64,000 bases of DNA from Takakia lepidozioides (lineage: Eukaryota > Plantae > Bryophyta). The notes beneath the pieces are model-generated. The model saw nothing but the letters and a program-made list of their open reading frames with translations, was not told where the DNA came from and did not search any database. The stretch covers positions 49,352,001 to 49,416,000 of the forward strand of contig CM060732.1 in NCBI GenBank assembly GCA_030704615.1, given 5' to 3'. The position numbers and the translations under genes were made by a program. Shown here piece by piece: positions 48,562 to 62,700 of the stretch (positions within the stretch are counted from its first letter, which is position 1; every line of letters begins with the position of its first letter).

Positions 48562-50730
48562 CCCTGCGCAGAGGCACAACACGATGTGCACCTAGTGCCG
48601 ACGAGGTCGAGAGAGAGAGAGGTATCGTTTTTATTCTTTGGAATCTCTTATTTTATTCCTAGTTAACTATATACGTACTTGTTTTTTTCTCTTACATTCA
48701 TCTTTTTGTTTTTGTTTTTGTTTTTTTTTTGTTTTTGTTTTGGAAACACGGGAGTATTTGTTTTTCATATTTCCAAAATCGCTAGCGGGGCCACCTGTGG
48801 ATTCCACCCAGTGCCCATGTGGCGAGAATATCGAGGTGACAAAGTTAGAAAAGTAGCTATATTCCAGGTGTCACATTTTCATTTGTCCACGTTGTCACGT
48901 TCTTTTTGGCGAAAATCTCGGATTTTAGCCCCCATAATTCCTTTGTACAAGTAGCTGACCGAGTTTCCAGGTCGAAATCTGGCGATTTTTCGCCAGAAAG
49001 AAAAACACCAGAGGTCCTTGCTTAGATTTTATTTCAGATTATTCGGGGAAAAAAATTAAAACGTTTTAAAATGTTTTCTTAAAATCTACTTATTTCCTTA
49101 CATTCATTACTTTGTTTTTCTGTCCGAAATTAAATAAAAAACAATTCAGTAATAATAGAGTTAGGCTGTTACTTAGGAAGGAGCGAGCCGACCGGCCGGC
49201 GCCAGCCGGGCCGACGAGACAACGGGCGACCCGGGGCTGTGTCGTCCATGGACGTTAACCATGGAGGTGGTCGGCCATGGTGGTCACCCGCGCGCCTGCC
49301 TTGCGATCTTGGCCTCCTGCACCCTCGCTGTCGCTGTGCTCAACCAGTATGTTGATCTTTCCTTATCTTTTGTATTTGTATTTGTCCGTTGTGATCCGAC
49401 GGAAACTGATCGAAGTGTTCATAATGCCGTAGTGCGACTGTTTCATTTGATATGATTGACTCTATCAGCTTTGTTCCATGTTGATCTGATTTCTGATAGC
49501 TCTCTGCTGTTTTGATCTGATTGGAAGTGGTATCTCCTGGCCGTTTTCAGTTGGATCCCATTGCCGTTGATACGATTTTTGAGTTGAAGTCCATTGGAGT
49601 GCTTCGGGGACTGCTTCCTTTCTATCCTTGTTCCTGTCTTGGCGGCCTTTAGTTCCATGGACTCTTCAGTTGGTGGACTGAATGAAGCGCGTCGCATGCA
49701 TCAGATGTCGAAGAGTGAGGGAAGGAAGGTACGCCAGTCCAGGGTCGTTATTGAAGTTCTCAGTTCGGCATTGTCATCTTCTTTTGGTGTGGAACTCAAG
49801 CGCTCTCCATACCTGAGCTCGTAGACTATGTCGATCTTGAACGAGATGAGGCTTTGATGCCTGCATTGCCAAGACGGACAAAAATGGTGGCATTGACGAC
49901 ATTATCCCAACGAGTAAACACAATGTCGAAGAATGTAACTCAGAACCAGAAAACTTCCTCTCGGCTCCGTGTCCCGACTGGTTTTGTGTCCCTGTGGTGT
50001 TTTTGCTCTTCTCTCCTTGATTTTTCTTTTCTTTCCTCCTCAGGTTTCCGGTGAGGCCACGCTGGATGTCTGTAGTCTGTCAAATAACAATATGAGAGCC
50101 GGGATTGATCCATGTTCAGTGGATGCACGCCATGCATTTCAGACAGATCTTGCAAGAAACAAGTCTTGGACACTACTCAATAGTAACTGCGAATGACAAT
50201 GTGGCCCTTGTGAACAGCTTTTGTCATCATCCTCCTCGGGCGCTCATTCTCCGGTGTTTTAGCTCGAGTGTGCCGGTGGATGAAGTTTGTGTATAGTATG
50301 AGGGTCACAATCACAGGCTAGCTTGCTCCTCACCGATTGACAACTTTTCATCATCAAATTTATGAAAGTACAACGGATTTTCCTGATTTGGAGCATTCAC
50401 ATGGAGTCTGCATAATGGCGGAGCTCCTGGTCTGGAAATCAAGAGCAACGGGCTCAGTAATGGAATGATTTGCCATAGATTCGCTCCTGACTCAAGATGC
50501 TAGTGGAAAGGATACTCCTCAAACTCTGAACGTTTGTGCTCTTCTTGAAACTCAGCACTACTTATCTTCGTCAAACAGAAAACGCTTGGGACAGTTTTGC
50601 GATTGCACTTCAAAAGCTTCTAGAGTATTCATCGAGCACCCCACTGTGGAGCTTCTTTTTCTGGAGAATTCATACAAATATTGTGCTGGCTACCACCAGG
50701 GCTTTGTGAGTTGTACCTTGTGAAGGAGCC

Positions 50731-53700
50731 ATGCATGACATGCATGGAAGTGTGAATATGGGATCAGAAAATGGTCTTACCTCTGTTTATTCCTCTTATG
50801 AGGGCAGCAATGGAAGTGGTCGCGCCTCTGTCTACTCCTCGCTTGACGGAAACAACAACTTTCATTACCCGGAAAGAAGCATCCTTGACTATGAAAGACT
50901 GAAGGACCAGTCTTACAGCTTTGCAGAAGATGGTGTTCGGAAGGAGATGGATGCAGAATATTTGGGGCCAGTAAAGAATGGCAGTCCAGATGCAGGGATG
51001 AGACTGAGTGACACACACATGGCCTCAAGGAGGGCAGAAGAAGCAGGTTCGGATCTCTGGTTGTCAAAGAGGGTCGATTAGTCTTGTCGTCCCTTTCAGT
51101 TTGGTTCTTTATCCTATACCAAGACAAGCACATTATGCCAACTGCAATATGTAATCTCTTTCTGTCATTGTTGCATTGACCCAAATTTTGCATGTCTTAT
51201 GCTAATACTGCTGCCCTTCCTGGAAGAAGAAGCAACAGTCTCGGCAATCACATTTGAGGATCTCTTCAAGATAGTCTGATGTGTGGCAGGCTGTAACTTT
51301 GAGAAGTTAACGTCAGTAATGGCATGCTTATTTAGGCCGCTATTATGAAGCCCTTGTGCAACTGGCTCTGGTGCCGAGTGGCAGAGGTTGGATTCGAAGA
51401 GGAGAGTATAGGACAGAGAGGTGGCAGCTGGTTTGTCCATTAGAAGTCTGACAGTTACTAGTATTTTCTGTGCATGATTGGGGTGCCCAGCAAATAGGAG
51501 GGTTCAAGCATCAATGTGGTTGCAAGAGATGGTTGGATGCTTCCCCCTTGCTAACGAGCCGTCTGAGGAAGAGTTCAGGCTGTGTCTCAGAAATGGACTT
51601 GTGCTTTGCAATGTTATGAACAAAGTTCAACCCGGTGCAGTACCAAAGGTATGATTCTATTTCTTGATGTGAAACAGAGAGAAGTTTGCTAACTTGGACT
51701 GTTGGAATTAAATTCCAGATGGAAGGAAGCAATTTCGTGGAAGGGTATTTGAGATAGGGTCATAGCTATAGCTAAAGCCTCATCAGCTGCCACCTCCAAG
51801 CCCATCTCATTTTTTGCTCGTGTATATTGTTTATTTGAAATTCTTGGAAGGATGAAGACAAAGCCTTTTGGAGAGAAAATGAGAAGGAGAGAGGGTCTAG
51901 CAAGGGAGAAGTTTTGGCAGTATAATTAGAAGAGGTCTCTTGATCACCTCTGTATGATAAGATAAACTAATGATTGAGTTGCAGCTGTTTCTAATTTATT
52001 ATATTCCAGCCAAGTCAAAGGTGTGAGGGTTGTTTTGATTTGGATGAGAGGCTGTGTAGAGGAGGTTCATGGTGGTGTACACATTATGGGCAGGTGGTAG
52101 AGAACCCGACAATTTCAAATCACCTTGACGGAGCGCAGTCTGTATACCAGTATTTTGAGAACGTCAGGAATTTTCTTGTGGCTGTTGAAGAGATGGGGTT
52201 GCCTTCATTTGAAGCTTCTGATTTGGAGCAGGTACAGGTGACTAAAATCTACTGCCTGCTTGTCGATTTCAGTGGGTGTCAAATTCACAAGAACGCCATT
52301 AGGTGTGTGATGGCAGCAAAGCAGGTCACACATAGACATAGCAAATATGTGTGTAATTTGTTCACCAAGTTCACTTCACAGATTGAAACTTCTTTGCAGG
52401 CAAAGACATCATGGGTTACTTTTGTACATGAACAGCATACCCTTTTGTTTGTGCATTCAGATGAGCACCCTCACGCCGCATCCCTGCCCCACCCCCTCCT
52501 CCGTCAACTATCCCTTTCCCCTTTTTAGCTTCATCTTGAAGCTCCCCAACAAGCTCAGGTGGGACCCGAGGTGAAAACTGTACAGTGGTTGTAACAGCTT
52601 GGTCTGCAGTGTACATTCTTGCTAGAGATAGCGACGGAGGATTTGACTTGTGCTGTACTTGTTGTACAATGTTGACAGGGTGGCTTAGCTCCGGGTTCAT
52701 CAGTGAAGCTAGTTGACTGCATATTGGCACTTAAATCGTATCATGAATGGAGGCAGGGTGGAGGACTGGGTTTCTGGAGGCTAAAATCACCAACAGGACA
52801 TGGGAACAACTGTGGCAGATACTCAACCCCATCCAAAAGTCTGGGTAGTTACTCTAATCAGACTAGAAGAAAGTGGGCTCTTGCTGATCTGGATGGCGTT
52901 GAGGACACTGAGGGGTCGTCAAATGATCGGTCTACCTTTTCCCTGAGCTTTGACAAGGACAGTAGAGACTCCATGAACAGTGCTCGTTCTGGTCAGAATG
53001 GAAGCGGGGATGGAGTTTTTGATGGGGATGAACTCTTGTTCAATGTGAACGCCTCAGGTACTGGCTGCTTATCAGCACATTGCTAAGTCCAGAGTCAAAA
53101 TATCAATCTTTCTATCTAGCTGTACCCAGGGCTTCAAATTGGCAACTAGCTTCCCTGGGGCTTTGGTTGGGGAACAGTCTGTCTCGTTATGTTGGGAGAA
53201 AACCCTCCACTCTAGTCACTGGGTGGGGCATGAAGGGTCCTGATTATGGTTTTGAAGGAATGTGGAAGCCGAATTGGTTTATGTGGGGTTATAGAACACT
53301 TATAAGAGAGTTCAGTTCCCCACGGAGTTAAGATGGCCTTGACCGAATTTGGTAAGAACCTGTGCTTTACCAGGGGAGGATGTGAGGTTGAGTAATGAAG
53401 TGTGCAAGGCATGTATCTCATTGTCAGCACGCCAATATGTTTTGGTGATCATGTCTTCGGACAATATATATTGTGTGTTTCAAGGAACCAATGTTTGAGC
53501 TCTCACTTCACTCTGAGAATCTCACAATTCAGCTCTGTTCCTATAAAGTTATATAGCCATCAAAATTTTGTTTGTGAGCCACCCGATAGTGTCTGTACTA
53601 AAGCATGCGCCTTTTTGAAAATTGCAGGATCAACTTCCACTTGGCTACAGCACATTGGGCACAAGTTTCGTGAGGTTCTTCAAGTTAAAGCAAGGCGCAT

Positions 53701-56700
53701 GCAAGACCTGCCCACTTCTCAACACAGCTGGGGAACACCTCTAGCCATAGATGTATGTTGACTCACTTCGGTCACTGATCATCTACTTTGAGCATGTGGA
53801 AATTGTTTGGGCTGAGGAACGTTTACTCTATCGGGATTTGCTCCTCTTCTGATATTGAAGAGATAGCCTCGGTTCCATACGAGGATGAAGAAACTGATGT
53901 TTAAAAGGTGAACACTGGTTTTGATGTAGCAGCCTGATTCCTGTGCACCTGCCTAGAGTCTGTGGTGGTAAACTGATTTTTAACTTTACACTTCATCAGA
54001 CTAAGTATTGAGGTTGGCTGTAAACCGTGTCCATCTCACCAACTCATTTTGGTGTAATGCAGAATGCTCCTTCTCAATCACTCCTAGGCCTTGTTAGTGC
54101 CATTCTCGGTGACAAGCCTGCAGAGGAAGTACCGATGGTGAGTCTAATAGTCAGTCCATTGTTGTTTATTAGTGTTTGAAGTTGGTCTGACTTCAATAGA
54201 ATTCTTCTCTTCGTACTTTCCCTTTATACTATCCATACTCCCCTCACATGATGTTTGAGCTATTAAGAATGAAAGAGATGTTTGTTATCTGCAATCTGAT
54301 CTGAGATATTTGGCTGCCTGGTCCATTACAAATGTTTACAGGTTGAGTATATACTGCTGAAATGATTGTATGGATCCTACCCTTCTGTGTGGAGTGTAGT
54401 GATTTCCTGACTGTTGGTGCATACGGATACCTGGGTCTGCTTGGATCAATTGCACGTGTCAGCAATGTACAGCTGCCACTGCACATAAAAGAGAGGTTCT
54501 GAGATTACAAGAGTGTTCTAGTTGAGACCTAAGGACATGCTTGCAAACTATCAGATTGCACAAATGTTTTTCTGTTGTTACCTGCTACCACTGTTTAGGT
54601 CCTTCAAATCATATGCCAGGTTGCTGCATGTTTCTTACTTGAGTGGTTAGGTTCATTTAGCCCTTGCCCCTTTTGTCCTCACAAAGGAAGAAGCAGAAGT
54701 AAAAACTGAGACAGCACGGTGCGGTTGTTTCTCACAGTTGGTGGAGTTCATGCTGCGCAAAGTGATGGAGGAGTTTGAGCGTCACCTCCTTTCACAAAGA
54801 AAACAAGTCACTAAAGTAACTTATGCGAAGTCCATCAGTGCAATCCTTGAGGATTTTTGTATTATGATCTGTGGCCTTTGTGGGTGTGCTTTAAGAGTTG
54901 GCTAAACTGCATGGTCTTGATCACAAAAGCAGGGATGCATATGCTAGGGTGTCTACAACTTTTGTGCATATGACATGCCATTGTTGGTCTGGATCTCATT
55001 ATTTCTTTGTAATTGTGGGTGTCTGAACATTCAGTGGATCACCTAATTTCAGATCCAGATGTGAAGAAATCATACTGACCAGATCTTTGTAATGGTTGAT
55101 ATGTCTGTCAGGCTTACGGCGATCCTTTACATTCTGTAGTAGAAGCTCTCAAGTCTGATCAGAATCGAAGTGAAATTAATGGATGCTTCCCTTTGTAATA
55201 TATCTGGTAGGGGTGCCAGGTTCCCATTTCTTGCTAAGAGGTGAAAGGCTGGTTTGCATAGGTGAGGAGTCACCTGTGCCAAGTGGGATGGTCTCTTAAA
55301 TGTTAGTTCATGTTTGCTGCTGGCTTTTGTGCAGATGAAAAGTGCTTTAAAAGACATATTGGTTCGCGAAGAGAAGCTTGCATCAAGATCCATGGTTCTG
55401 GAGGCTCTGGCAGCTGGTTCAGGAGAGGAAGTTAAGGTATATTATCCTGTACTTCTCCTTAATCTGGAGCATATCAGCTGAGAAGAAAGAACCAGGAGAC
55501 ATGTAGATTGCTACGTTGCACCTCAAGAACTAAATTATCTTTTGACTGGGTATCTAACAACTTCAACAGGTCTTCCGCTGTTCTGCCAGATTTTATCCTA
55601 ACAGTTTGGACCGGTTATAGTAGTCTTTATGTGTCTTCTATACCCAGGTGCATGGCAAGTTATTTCTGTGTTTGAGGGGTGGAGTTGGTCATGATTTCGT
55701 CGTGCACTTCACATGTCCAGCACTTTGGTGAAGTGTGTCATCGTACTCTGCCAAGACTACCTTCTACTAGCCTTGAAAAGTGTGACTATTATTAATCTTC
55801 TGGTATTGTTACGTTGGCCTTAAGGTTTTGAGTGGTATAGGGAAGGACAATGACAGATTCAGCACTCTATGCTGCTAGTGCCCCTACTGTACATATTCCT
55901 TGCTGCACAGGTTGCTTTAAACGATGTGACCAAGGGAATGTATAGAGTTTAAAATGGCCAACATCCTTGGTATATGTTATCCCCAAATTGGCATTATTTG
56001 GATAGTCTACAGATGTCCTTCAATTCTCAGTAGGAATAGTGGATATTCAAATGAATATCTTGTCATACATTAGAACATTTCATCATTAGGGGAGTCCAAA
56101 TTGAGTAGGCAACAGCAGATGGTTGTCTTGGCCAACAGGTATTAAAAAGAAGTATCAGCACTGAGGTGGATTTCTTTTGTTTGATTGGCATGCGGGGGCT
56201 GGCAGTTGGTTACTAAAAAGCTTCAGCAAGTTAAGGTGGGCTCCCTATCCTAACCTGAATCAAGCATGCCTGTCTCACATCTTTCTTGGCTGGGTTTACA
56301 GATAAAGGGTATGATAGCCCCATTTTGCAAGGACGAACTTAGCTTTACAAGAAGCACCAATGAAAAACTCAAAGATTATTTCTTGCCCTCATATGGATCA
56401 GAAAGCAAGCCCAGATGTGCTCAACAGGAAGTAAAATTGCTCCCAACACCTTTATCTTCGGGTCAAAGTGGGAGTATAGCTATTCCCATCTGAAAAGTGT
56501 TGGTTGGACTCACTGCTTTTCAGTTATTAACCATTCAGACATTGTTGCTCGGAATAATAGCTGCTTACAAAAAGGAAACAGTCCAGCAGAAGATTGAACT
56601 ACAGATTGCTTGATTACTGTCACTCGTAGTTTTCCTTTCAGAGTTGTGTACCTATAAGCTGCAAACACTGGGAATTGGTGCAACCCCACTGGAAGTGCTT

Positions 56701-59700
56701 ATAGATTAGGGAAAGCTGCTTTCTAAGTTTGTGGGTTGGCTTTGTTGCGTTCCTGAGACTTCGTTCTCTCCATCTTCAGCAGTATGATCTCGAGGGATAT
56801 GTTGAAATCTGCCCATGATTTCCATTCTGTAAAATCTCACAGAAATCAGAAGTGTAGATTATGCAAGTTACTCCTTGCCTACATTAGACTGTTCCATGCA
56901 ACATGCTTCCAGTGACATGATTCCAGTGAAAGTAAGGGGATGCGCTTGCCTGGAGCGTGCTGGGTTGATACCCTGTATGAGTAGAAAGTGGAGCAATCGG
57001 TAGTGAATTCCCAATTCTATATAAAAGACAATTAAAGTTGTTTTTTCCTTGGAAATCGTTTAGGTGAGTACGTCATTTGACCAAGAAATTCCTAATGAAA
57101 TTAATCATGTCATACAGTCTGGACTGATCAGTGTTAATATCATGCGCATTTTATTTGAAGATGGAGAAACAGCAAGTGGAAGATGAGAAGAGGGTGAAGG
57201 AGGAGGAGACGGACAGGTTACTGAAGGAGAGCGAGGAGAAACAGATGGCTGTCCAAGTGCTGAAGAATGAGCTGGATTACATCAAGCGCCTTGATGAGGA
57301 ACACTTACTAAGACTGGAGAACCAGAAAAGACAGATTGAGACAGAGTCCAACGAAAGAATCCAATCACTCGAATTGCAGCTGCAAGAAGCTCAAAAGAGC
57401 GTTCAGGAAATGGAAGTGAGCTCCGCAAGGGAGCTCAGCAGCCTTCGTAGGAAGGATGTGCAGTACAAAAAGCTTCTCTCTCGCCATGCTCATCAATATG
57501 AGGTACAACAGTTGTTTTCCTAGTGAGACCTCAACCTAGGCCTTCAATCTGCAGCCCTCCACAATGACATCTTCAATTTTATATACCAACTACTTGGCTT
57601 TACCCGTAAATAATAGAGAAACTCTCTCAATAGAGGACCTTCCTCAATATATATGGGCTGTACAACCTTGGATGGGATTGTGACCCAGAATCCTGCTTAG
57701 TTACAAAAGCTATGCATATCTCTATTCAAGCTTGTGGTACCTATTAATGGAATATGAGATCTGGTTGCAGGATCTCCGGCTTGCATCACAGAATGCCAAA
57801 CAAGAAGTTCTGCGAATGCAAATGGCATGGGGAACACAGTTCAGCTCTCTTGGTAAACCATCAATGTTAAAATCATTGCTGTCAGTCATATTTCTGCATG
57901 CCTGCAAGATCAGAAGTGTCATGTGTGCAAAATAACATGCAATGAGCAATTATTTTTGGCACAGAGGAACAACTTCAGGGCATGGCAAGGGCAGCGTCTG
58001 GATATCATAAAGTGTTGGCTGAAAACCGTATGCTATATAATCAAGTTCAAGATCTAAAAGGTAAGACTTGCAGACCTTTACATCTTCTATGATCTGGTTG
58101 TTTATTATGGGCCACTTGTTTTTATGCAGGTAAGTTTTTGTCGACAACCATGAAATTTACACTACACACTTTGAGATACAGAGCAATACACTCTCATTCT
58201 ATTCTAATGGATATGCTGTCCCCTACCCTTTCTCTTTTCCCCATCATCTCCCTTTCTTCTCATTATCGTATGGAATGTATGCATACTTTATCTTTTGTCT
58301 TTGTATGATCTGTTGTTTCCAGGTAATATCCGTGTCTACTGCCGCGTGAGGCCTTTCCTTGGGGATGAACCTGGAAGGCAGACAACCATAGACTTCATTG
58401 GAGAAAATGGGGAGTTGGTGATAGTCAATCCCACCAAGGGAGGAAAGGAGGCTCGGAAGTCATTTACTTTCAACAAGGTCTTTGGAAGCGCTGCCTCACA
58501 AGGTAAGGTTCATTTCCCGACAGTTATTTATATTGCTATGTGACCACGATTGGGTGATTTGATTTCTTTGGGTCTGGAGAGTGCACACTTACACTGCATG
58601 AATCCCTACTGCATGTGTTTGACTGAGAGAGCCCCTGTCCTACTGCTCTTACATGTACAGCACATGGACCAGGTCTGATAATCAAAGTGGTTGGGTCCCG
58701 CAAATAGGTGATGCATTTTTGGCAGTTGTGTAAGTGGTGCAAAAGCTGTGGACACATTGGGACATATCATGAGCATAGGATTCACTTCTGAAGTATGAAC
58801 CACTAAACTGACAAACAGTAATAGCTCAGGCTGTCGTATACGTGATTTTTAATGTTGGTGCTGCCTGTCGTAAATTGCAGAGGAAGTGTTTTTGGACACA
58901 CAGCCATTAATACGCTCAGTCCTGGATGGTTTCAATGTCTGCATCTTTGCCTATGGGCAGACGGGGTCTGGGAAGACATTCACCATGGTAAGTGCAGGCC
59001 ATGGTCATTACTCTGCAAGCAAATGGCTGTGCAAGCGACTATCTTCCTTGGTTCAGTTGTTCCTAGCTACCGGTGGATGTTCAAAGGTTAGGTGTGAATG
59101 TGTTTCCATGTTCTGCTTGTTACAGTGGGTAACTTAGTAGTTGGTTCCTCAATGTTTCGGATGTGCAATGTTTTGGTCTAGGATGATGGAAGCCTAGCTC
59201 GGTCTTTGTCTGCATTGGAATCTTGAAGTTCATAAACTTGGGAGAGCTTCAGGGGAGGTGATTAGGCATTCTCCAGGAGCACCACCCAGGTCTTCAATGG
59301 CTAGTCATTGTTCAATATTCATTGTTCATCAAATACTGAGTTTGTTCAATCTCTGATCAGAGTGGTCCAAACAATATGATGGAGGGCAACTGGGGAGTCA
59401 ATTACAGAGCACTACATGATCTCTTTCAGATTACTCAGACACGAACTGATGTGTTCCATTATGAAATTGGTGTTCAAATGATTGAGATCTACAATGAACA
59501 AGTCCGCGATCTGCTCGTCACAGATGGCATCCAGAAGAAATATCCTTTTTGAACTGACCTCTTGTTGTGTAGTAACTAGTAACCTACTTCTCAATCAGGA
59601 GGTGGCTCAAGTCCACATGAAATTTCAACCAACTTGCAAATAGTACTATTGGAAGTTTGGTCCCTGGGTTGACTGACTGTTGCCTTTATCCCAGCTAACC

Positions 59701-62700
59701 AAGGAACATCAAAACAAATGTCTAACTCTTTGAAGGTGACTTTTCACATGAATTTACACTTAGATTAGGAATTGTCAGTGATAAGTGGCAGTAGCATGTC
59801 CCACATTCTGCACAGCGTGCATCGTCTATTTTGATCACCCATATGCACAAACCGCATCTGAGCTAGCAGAGTTGATTCCTTAGAGTTCCTTTTGGAAAAT
59901 ATAGTCCTTGTAAATGGTCTGGTTTGAAATCTCCTTTGATGATTGCAGCTTGCTGGCAGTATCACCATGTTGTCCCAATTGTAAACCTTGACTTTCTTAC
60001 GCTGGAGATTCGAAACAACTCCCAGTTGAATGGACTGAATGTGCCTGATGCCAGTATGATGCCAGTGAAGTCATCAGAAGATGTTTTGGAGTTGATGAAA
60101 GTTGGCCAGCGCAACAGGGCTGTTGGGGCGACAGCTCTAAATGAACGTAGTAGCAGATCTCACAGGTACGTGCTTACTATCATGTAGAAACTCTTGCCAA
60201 GTTTTTCAACTCTCCATGATAAAGAGTGCACAGCACCCATCAGCATGAGTGCATCCAACATGTCTTGCCCATAGCAGTGTTTGAACGTCAGTTGATTTGT
60301 TAGTGTTCTGTTATTTTAGTAGGATTTCGTCCAGCGTTGGACCTTCGGGTCTCACTGTAACACGATGGTTTAAACCTTGAATATCCAAACACTGCAAGGT
60401 TTCATTTCCATGAGCTGCTTTGGAGTACTTAAGGATAGAGATGGACAACTTCATCAAACTAATCACGTCATTGTGTGCAGTGTGCTGACTGTCCACGTCG
60501 AAGGCAGAGACCTGAATTCGGGGGCTGTTCTCCGGGGTTCACTCCACCTTATTGACCTTGCTGGGAGTGAGCGAGTAGACAAATCTGAGGCTACAGGAGA
60601 TCGACTGAAAGAAGCTCAACATATCAACAAGTCACTCTCTGCTCTTGGTGATGTGATCGCTGCGCTGGCACAGAAAAATGGGCATGTGCCCTTCCGGAAC
60701 AGCAAGCTGACTCAATTGCTTCAGGATTCCCTAGGTAAGTGGAGCGTTCAAGTTGCTATTTTGATTGTATATATGGTTTTTTAATCAAGAAACAGAGGTT
60801 TCATGTGTGGGGATAGAGGTATTACTGGGTTTTAATGTATATAGCTGCAAGTCATTTGTTCAGGTTGTACACATTATTGTATCTGTTCCCTAGGGGACCA
60901 GACTTGTAGAGGTATGATGCTGCTGTAACTTATAGTAATGAGAACATGCAAGGGTGAAGCCAGGAATTGTGTAGTTATGGCACTCAAAGAAGGTACATTG
61001 ACTGAAAGATGGCAAGGCATGCTGCATCTCACAAGCATCATGGTGGCAGAGCCAATGGTTTTGGAAGTGCACTTGTTGACCTTTAGTGGCATTCTTTGAA
61101 TCATAAGATTACTATTTTTAATCTACAAAATTTCATGGCGTAGTTATGGTAGCAATATTAGATTGTCAATGTGCTATTTTGAAGAACCTGCCAACGCTCA
61201 GCTTTGTATTGCTTGTTTCATAGATTGTCATCTGGGGAGCTGTATCATCCTGACTGTCCTACTACCTGAACATCTACTACTTCAGTTACTTCATTATCTG
61301 TACTGTTCATTGTGGAATGAGGATGCTCTCCACTAACTTTATTACATCCAAATGTTGTCTGTGCCATGGTTTACCACTGTTATGTTGATGCCTTTGCATG
61401 AGCCAAGTACTTAGATGATGGTAACTGCTGTTTGTACAGGTGGGCAAGCAAAAACTCTGATGTTTGTACATATAAGCCCTGACATGGAGTCATTTGGAGA
61501 GACTGCCAGTACACTGAAGTTTGCTGAGAGAGTTTCGTCTGTGGAGCTTGGCGCTGCTCGCAGCAACAAAGAGAGTGGGGAGGTCCGTGATCTGAAGGAA
61601 CAGGTGAGTGTATTGTTGTGATCTCTTAATAGTCGTGGCAGCGGGTTTTGTACATAGTTGTATGTGTAGAAATGGATTTGAATAACTAATTTAGTTCAAC
61701 GCCCATCACAGGCTTACAGTACTTACTCTAGGTATGACCATCGCACTCTCCCCGTCTCCATGTAGAAGTGATACATCTCTTGTCTGATTACAGTTCTTTC
61801 ATTTGACAGGTAGCCCAGCTCAGGGATGCTGTTGCCAAGAAGGACGCAGAAATTGAACGTCTGCAAAGTATGAAAGATCGCAGCAATGGTGGGGAAAGTC
61901 CATCTGGTTTTGAAAAGTTCAAATTCAAGAATATGAATTCTGCACATGCTCGGCGAACAATCACAGATCCAGTGGTGCTCCAGAAGAACCGTAGGTTGAC
62001 AATGGAGGGTGGAGGCGGGAGTCTAGAGGTATGTGAACAGGGCTTTCATTTTAAAGTCAAGTGGTCAAAGGGATTGCTCAAATATGTTTCTTTTTTGCTA
62101 ATAGAGCATGAGCGATCACAATGAAATCATGTATATGCATACATTCATCTGCAGTGAGCAGGATTTTTTACTATTCTGATACATATAGCAGTGGTTGTTT
62201 ACATGTCGTGTGAAAGCTTGGTCTGAAAACAAGGAATAATGTTTTGCATTTCTAACTTGTAGTTGGGGTCTGTGAAAGGACAAATATAGGTGAGGTATGG
62301 AGCATGCTTTGTATACTGTGTATCCCAGAACAGAATGCTAGAGAAAGACACGATTAAACAAACTGTTCTGGGGCTGTTGTTTGCAAATGCTGCATGCAGT
62401 TGTGAACTGGGGTGGTTAGTCCACGGGCCGAGTCCTTTGCACCGGCAGTGCTTGCTCTGGTAAGGTGGCTGCGTAAAATATGCGTAATTAGTTTTGAAGG
62501 CAATGGAGCCACAATGTGTCTAGGTTGCATGTTAGGTCTGTTGTGAGAAATGAGGGCTAGTCAGTATCAGGTTGACTCCAGTGTTGTGTATGCATGGGGC
62601 GGACAGGGCATCAAAATGCCGGGCATCCGTAGGACTGGTCTGTGGGTATTTTATTTTTGTGAGAACTGCTGGGAGGGTTGTTAGACAGAAAACCCATTTG

